NCBI RefSeq assembly: GCF_006345805.1
Contig: NW_021825624.1
Coordinates: 1 to 15,104, forward strand
Source: Octopus sinensis
Lineage: Eukaryota
Reading direction: 5' to 3'
DNA length: 15,104 nt
Shown here: positions 9,903-15,104 of the stretch, piece by piece
How the letters are laid out: each line of letters begins with the position of its first letter
How positions within the stretch are numbered: the stretch's first letter is position 1
Position numbers and translations under genes: made by a program
The notes under the pieces: generated by a model
The model's input: the letters and a program-made list of their open reading frames with translations, nothing else
The model's database searches: none
Told to the model about the DNA's origin: nothing

Positions 9903-10451
9903 ATGGCTTGCATCGATTATCGAAAGGCTTTCGATAGTATTCCCTACACATGGATCCGAGAAACACCTGTCATGAACAAGGTAGCATCAATAATCAGAAA
10001 ATATATAACACATTCCATGAATAAATGGCAAACAGCGCTACAGAGCGAGACAAATGAGGGAGTCATAAAATCCAAAGCCATCCTCATTAGAAAAGGAATA
10101 TTCCAGGGAGACACGCTCTCTCCACTCCTTTTCTGCTTGGCACTGACACCTTTATCTGATATGCTAATCAGAACTGGATGTGGATACAACCACTACGACA
10201 AAACAATCAGCCTTCTCTTGTATATGGGTGGCCTAAAACTGTACGATACAAATGATAAACAACTGGAAACATTACTACAGACAGTACATGGAATTACCAA
10301 AGAAATAAACATGAAATTTGGCTTAGAAAAATGTGCCAAAGTAACCTTGAAAAGGGGAAAACTAATTAAGAGTAGCAACACCACACTAGATAAAGCAAAG
10401 GTAATAAGAGAATTAGACCAACGCCAGATACAAATACTTAGGAATCAATGA
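9903..10451 (+). pseudogene. Largest residual RT reading frame of the R4/Dong-like element (182 aa, catalytic Asp-Asp lost)
   Basis: ORF track protein with RT motifs; YMGG at 10221-10232 replaces the expected YMDD. Confidence 0.9.
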
Positions 10452-11348
10452 ACTAGATACGATACAGCACACACAAATCAAAGAGAAGATAAAAAAGGAA
10501 AACTATTGATGAGTCAAACTAGTACTGAGAACAGAGCTCAATGCGAAAAACGAGAAAATAGGTATTAAGACTCTAGCCGTCCTAGTTATGAGTTACAGGT
10601 ACAATATTCTTAACTGGACTCTAAATGAACTAATCAAAATAGACACGAAAACAAGAAAAATAATGACAGGATTTAGGATGCACCACCCAAAATCTGGTAT
10701 AGAAATGTTATATATACAACGTATCGAAGGTGGTAGAGCCCTTTTACGGCTAGAAAACCATTACAAAATAAGCACCATAGGACTAAAGAAATACCTACTT
10801 CAGAAGCAAGGAAAACTGATACAAATTGCCGCAAAACGCGAACAAAATAAAACTGTTTTCAGTCTTTAAGGAAGTTGACAAATACAAACAAGAAGTCATA
10901 CTACCTAACAACTATGAAGAAAAAGAAGAAACAACACAAGCTGTAAAACAAAGGAAATCCAAACTAAACTGGAACAAAGTATCCAAACTAAAACAGGGCC
11001 AAGGAATGTCCCTTTCTGGCGAATATTGGGATAAGCTAAAGAGAAAAGAAATAGACAAAGTAAAATCCCTGAGAAGCTCAGGAACCAAAGCAGAGACTGA
11101 GGGATCTTTAATTGCAGCACGAGACCAAAGCCATCTCACCAGGAATTACCAGAAGCACATAAAGAAGAAAGATGTAACAAATAACTGTAGAAAATGCGGT
11201 GATGGAGAAGAAACAATAAATCATATTGTCTCTGGTTGCCCAGTCCTGGTTAAGAAGGAATAGATCGACAGGCATAACAGAGCTGGGACCTATATACACT
11301 GGAAGCTATGTCAACATTATGAAAAGACAACAGAAAAAGGATGGTATA

Positions 11349-11579
11349 GGCAGCGAGCTGGCAGAAACGTTAGCACACCGGGCGAAATGTGTGGCCGTAT
11401 TTCGTCTGCCGTTACGTTCTGAGTTCAAATTCCGCCGAGGTCGACTTTGCTTTTCATCCTTTCGAGGTCGATAAATTAAGTACCAGTTACGCACTGGGGT
11501 CGATATAATCGACTTAATCCGTTTGTCTGTCCTTGTTTGTCCTCTCTGTGTTTAGCCCCTTGTGGGTAGTAAAGAAATA
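11349..11579 (+). mobile_element. tRNA-derived SINE family A, full-length copy 4, inserted in LINE #2
   Basis: Family A sequence with a 10-bp direct repeat GGTATAGGCA at 11343-11352 and 11580-11589. Removing it restores the WYRHTPEKV-type LINE sequence. Confidence 0.95.
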
Positions 11580-12082
11580 GGTATAGGCACACTCCAGAAA
11601 AAGGTCTCAGAAAATGAGAAAGCAACCAAACTCTAGGATATGCCAATACATACAGCAAAAGAAATCAAGATTAATAGACCGGACATTGTTATCAAAGATC
11701 ACTAAGAAAAAAAATACCTTCTGATCGATGTATCAATAGCAACAAATGACAATGTATCTTTAAAAGAAACGGAGAAACTCACAAAATTTGGAAATAGAGA
11801 TAACTCGAATGTGGAGCCTAAAATCACAAACAATCTCTATAATAATAGGTGCATTAGGTGTGATTAAAAAACATTCATACAAATACATAACCAAAACACC
11901 AGGACTTATGAATGTGTATATCATGCAGAAAATAGCACTTCAAGAAACTGCGTACATCCTGCGTAAAGCACTTTCAGTACAGTGAAAATAAGAGCACCAC
12001 AACAAACCACAGCACATACCCAAGGCACACAGATCTGCGCTCGGTAGTGCAGTGAAACATCGTGATAAAGATAATGCTACTG

Positions 12083-12131
12083 AATAATAATAATAAAAAT
12101 AATAATAATAATGATGATGATGATAACAATG

Positions 12132-12190
<59 letters not shown>
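12083..12190. repeat. (TAA)n with a TGA-interrupted segment; tail/target of LINE #2
   Basis: Direct inspection. Confidence 0.95.
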
Positions 12191-12191
<1 letters not shown>

Positions 12192-12774
12192 GCAGTACCA
12201 GGCAGTGGCTCTCATGGCTTTAATGCCTTGATGCAGTACCAGGCACTGGCTCTCATGGCTTCTGATCTTAACTGATTGGAAGTGTTATCATGTACATTGT
12301 TTTGTCTTGGTATAAAAGATGGGCTACAGCAAATATCTGCTCAATACCACAGATTTGCTTGTCAGTTGTTGACCTTAACCAGTTGAGCATGTCTCTTAGT
12401 GGTGACGATATGTGCATCTCTGATCACGAGCAGAAGTAGTGGGGGAGCATCATAGCCATGTGTTGAGAGGGATTCTTTGGGGTTTGAATAATTCTCCTCT
12501 TGAAACATGGGTAGTTCTTTCAACATCCTTAAACAACCCTTATTCAGGGACCTTTTGAGCGGGATGGGCTACTCAAACTGAAGAAAATTCTAACTGGGCC
12601 CCACCTGCAAGGTCATGTGCTGTTTATCTTGATATGAGATCACCATGTCGCGCACATATGGTTGTGATGCATGTGCCTGGTGTACCCTTATCAGACGGGT
12701 ATACTGATGGGTATACTGGGTTTCGTATATTTTACCCCAGTGTCACTTTGATGGCATGAACTGCTCTCTCACTC
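12192..12774 (+). mobile_element. Non-coding interspersed element (~555-580 bp) flanked by TAA repeats on both sides; putative non-autonomous R4/Dong partner
   Basis: A second diverged copy lies at 8219-8505. No ORF and no recognisable pol III A/B boxes. It ends ...ctctctcactc directly followed by (AAT)n. Orientation is inferred from the tail and the 3' stem. Confidence 0.75.
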
Positions 12775-12852
12775 AATAATAATAATAATAATAATAATTA
12801 TTATTATTATTATAATTATAATTATAATAATAATAATAGTAGTAGTAGTAGT

Positions 12853-12884
<32 letters not shown>

Positions 12885-12950
12885 CAGCAGCAGCAGCAGC
12901 AGCAGCAGTGGTAGTAGTAGTAGTAGTAGTGGTGGTGGTGGTAGTAGTAA
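12775..12950. repeat. Compound trinucleotide array (AAT)(ATT)(AAT)(AGT)(AGC)(AGT)(AGC)(AGT)(GGT)
   Basis: Direct inspection. Confidence 0.95.
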
Positions 12951-12966
12951 TTTCATATGTTGGTAC

Positions 12967-13071
12967 ATCGACTCCAGTGTTCAACTGGTACTTATTTTAT
13001 CGACCCCCAAAAACGATGAAACTTAAAGTCGACCTCAGCAGAATTTCAACTCAAAGCGCGATGACGGATGA

Positions 13072-13072
<1 letters not shown>
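12967..13072 (-). mobile_element. Older internal fragment of SINE family A or a relative
   Basis: atcgactccagtgttcaactggtacttattttatcgacccc...aaagtcgacctcagcagaatttcaactc aligns with 9545-9650. Confidence 0.85.
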
Positions 13073-13102
<30 letters not shown>

Positions 13103-13251
13103 TACTACTACTACTACTACTACTACAGTAACAACAACAAATAATAATGATAATAAAAAACAATAGTAATAAAAATATATGTATATATATATATACATAT
13201 ATATATATGTGTATTTTTATATATATATATATATATCTATATATATATATA
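13073..13251. repeat. (ACT)n, (ACA)n/(AAT)n and (TA)n compound microsatellite
   Basis: Direct inspection. Confidence 0.9.
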
Positions 13252-13479
13252 TACTCTTTTACTTGTTCAGTCATTTGACTGCGGCCATGCTAGAGCACCG
13301 CCTTTAGTCGAGCAAATCGACCCTGGGGCTTATTCTTTGTAAGCCCAGTACTTATTCTCATCGGTCTCTTTTGCCGAACCGCTAAGTGACGGGGACGTGA
13401 ACACACCAGCATCAGTTGTCAAGCAATGCTAGGGGGACAAACACAGACACACACATATATGTATATATTGTATGTACAC

Positions 13480-13521
<42 letters not shown>

Positions 13522-13522
13522 A
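13252..13522 (-). mobile_element. SINE family B solo tail + microsatellite, tandem unit 1
   Basis: Reverse complement of 6453-6653 (tactcttttacttg...gggggacaaacacagacac) followed by (CA)/(TA) repeats. Confidence 0.92.
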
Positions 13523-13746
13523 TACTCTTTTACTTGTTTCAGTCATTTGACTGCGGCCATGCTAGAGCACCGCCTTTAGTCGAGCAAATCGACCTGGGGC
13601 TTATTCTTTGTAAGCCCAGTACTTATTCTATCGGTCTCTTTTGCCGAACCGCTAAGTGACGGGGACGTGAACACACCAGCATCAGTTTTCAAGCAATGCT
13701 AGGGGGACAAACACAGACACACACATATATGTATATATATGTATGT

Positions 13747-13791
<45 letters not shown>
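13523..13791 (-). mobile_element. SINE family B solo tail + microsatellite, tandem unit 2
   Basis: Near-identical to 13252-13522 (period 271). No family B head follows. Confidence 0.92.
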
Positions 13792-13795
<4 letters not shown>

Positions 13796-14325
13796 TGTGT
13801 GTTTTACATGTATGTATACATACACACACACAAATATACTGAAGTGGTTACGAACATTACTTATATGTACGTATGTATGTATGTATGTACGTATGTATGT
13901 ATGTATAGATATAAACGTAGAGCTTTCCATCAGCTCATGAACTACATAAATTACACAAAACTACAAAAACATGTTCACATACATTGGCTACACTTCAACG
14001 CCCACACGCAACCCACAATAACACACGAAAATACGCATATACAAATAGATCAAACATGATAATATCTTTAGTTTCGTATCTAATTTTGTCCCCTGATGAA
14101 AATTAATTATATTTAATTAAATTATCGTTAATCTCCTATTCATACATACACACACAGACACACACAAACACACAGAAATATTCTTATATCTATCCATATA
14201 TGGATGTGTGTTTGTGTATGCGTTTCTCTATATATCTACACGCACACAGACACACGTACACACACACACATATAAAATATACACACTTATTGTATATATG
14301 CATAAATATACACATGTGTATAGTT
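13792..14325. repeat. Scattered (TATG)n, (CA)n and (TA)n low-complexity DNA
   Basis: Direct inspection; interspersed with short unique AT-rich stretches. Confidence 0.6.
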
Positions 14326-14589
14326 TAATCGACACCAAATCAAGCACTGAAGTCTGATGTTGTCTTGAAGTTTGTTCTGGCAACTCTTGCGACAAACACT
14401 GGTGCCAATCTATTTGGACATATGCTGGTCTTCCATAAAAACTTGCCAAAGCCCTTGCCCTGAAAAATTCTTCTAACACACACTGGAGCAGGACATTTCT
14501 GGTGCAGCTGCATTATTCCACATACCAAATGAAAGTCAATATTATATATTATGGATATGAAATATCAGTCCAATACTAGAATCAGGTAT

Positions 14590-14660
14590 TTCTCTCTCTC
14601 TCCCCCAATCTTTCTCTCTCTCTCTCTCTCTCTTCTCGTTCTCTCTCTTTCTCTTTCTAG
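14590..14660 (+). promoter_or_regulatory. (CT)n polypyrimidine tract ending in a TAG 3' splice acceptor
   Basis: About 70 nt of almost pure C/T with no AG between 14586 and 14658, ending ctctttctAG. Confidence 0.6.
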
Positions 14661-14684
14661 GAAATCGACTACGATAAAACCAAG
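14661..14684 (+). CDS. Candidate 24-nt symmetric micro-exon of an unidentified host gene (EIDYDKTK in phase 0)
   Basis: ttctag|GAAATCGACTACGATAAAACCAAG|gtaagg has a consensus acceptor and an AAG|GTAAG donor. Its length is divisible by 3 and two of the three frames are open. No transcript evidence. Confidence 0.55.
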
Positions 14685-14861
14685 GTAAGGATGGGCACTG
14701 CCAGTTTTAAAATACCTTGGATATGCCGTATGTCAGGAGGTGATCCTGCGGATCGTATCACTATAAATCCACTTAGATCGAGAGCCCAAAGAATATGTAG
14801 AGATGTGCGCTCACGTGTGTGGTGTGTTTGCATATGTATGTATGCATATGTATATAGAGAA

Positions 14862-14863
<2 letters not shown>

Positions 14864-14916
<53 letters not shown>
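14864..14916. repeat. (TA)n microsatellite
   Basis: Direct inspection. Confidence 0.95.
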
Positions 14917-14917
<1 letters not shown>

Positions 14918-14987
14918 CAGACAGATAGATAGAGAGATCTTGAGCACCCATCTTCCCCAAATTTGTTGCCGCGTTTCTTTATTGAAA

Positions 14988-15104
14988 CTAGCAGTATCGC
15001 CCGGCGTTGTTCGGGTTGTAAGGGAAATAAATATATAAGCATTTTTAGAGATGTAAAGTATAATAGCCATCTCAATATGGCTACCCACAAAGGGGGGGGT
15101 TGGT
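14988..15104 (-). mobile_element. Helitron-like 3' terminus (element continues beyond the window)
   Basis: The minus strand reads ...CCCGAACAACGCCGGG (GC hairpin, 15015-15000), then 8 nt, then CTAG (14991-14988), then T. This is the canonical Helitron 3' hairpin + CTRR|T signature. Confidence 0.7.

Larger units (their letters stand above)
9459..12082 (+). mobile_element. Decayed, 5'-truncated R4/Dong-like non-LTR retrotransposon #2 (RT + CCHC + RLE + 3' UTR), interrupted by two SINEs
   Basis: RT motifs NYRPITYLPTIYK (split by the SINE at 9470-9700), IDYRKAFDSIP, GIFQGDTLSPLLF (QGD 10104-10112), LLYMGGLKLY (YMDD degenerate) and KFGLEKC. Intact CRKC-x8-H-x4-C at 11186-11239, NRPDIVIKD at ~11673-11700, and AYILRKALSVQ* (stop 11983-11985). 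Many stops and frameshifts. Followed by (TAA)n. Confidence 0.93.

Noticed and set aside
11940-13274. Poly-Tyr, poly-Thr/Ala/Ile and poly-Val/Leu ORFs
   Set aside because: They are direct translations of TAA, AGT/AGC and ACT trinucleotide arrays.
13252-13791. Repeat-spacer look that could suggest CRISPR or a satellite array
   Set aside because: Only two ~271-bp units made of a SINE tail in eukaryotic DNA, with no short repeats separated by unique spacers.
14330-14530. Weak likeness to hAT transposase (TNTGANL, THWSRTF) or a C2H2 linker (THTG)
   Set aside because: The motifs lie in different frames with wrong spacing and lack the invariant residues.
14661-14684. DYDKTK matches the PSD-95/Dlg SH3 motif FDYDKTKD; xKSTTIK resembles a Walker A GKST
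   Set aside because: Six to seven residues are too few and the neighbouring residues disagree, so no gene symbol was assigned.

Overview
AT-rich eukaryotic, essentially non-coding (intronic or intergenic) DNA saturated with di-, tri- and tetranucleotide microsatellites. The repeat families look like those I associate with octopus (coleoid cephalopod) genomes; the taxon is my inference and was not checked by a search. There are no prokaryotic genes, rRNA, true tRNA or CRISPR arrays, and most ORFs in the supplied track are translations of microsatellites or SINEs. Supported content: (1) tRNA-derived SINE family A, with 4 full copies, three or four of them with visible target-site duplications (TSDs), plus 1 fragment. 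(2) CORE-type SINE family B, built as head + internal microsatellite + tail, including a tandemly duplicated solo tail. (3) A 5'-truncated RTE-type LINE end with an 8-bp TSD. (4) A head-to-tail, same-strand cluster at 8.2-12.8 kb: two decayed R4/Dong-like non-LTR retrotransposons (RT, CCHC knuckle, PD..D restriction-like endonuclease) and two copies of a non-coding element, with all three intact 3' ends abutting TAA repeats. (5) A Helitron-like 3' end at the right edge. (6) A strong candidate 24-nt, frame-preserving micro-exon at 14661-14684 (+), which suggests the window lies inside a large + strand gene.
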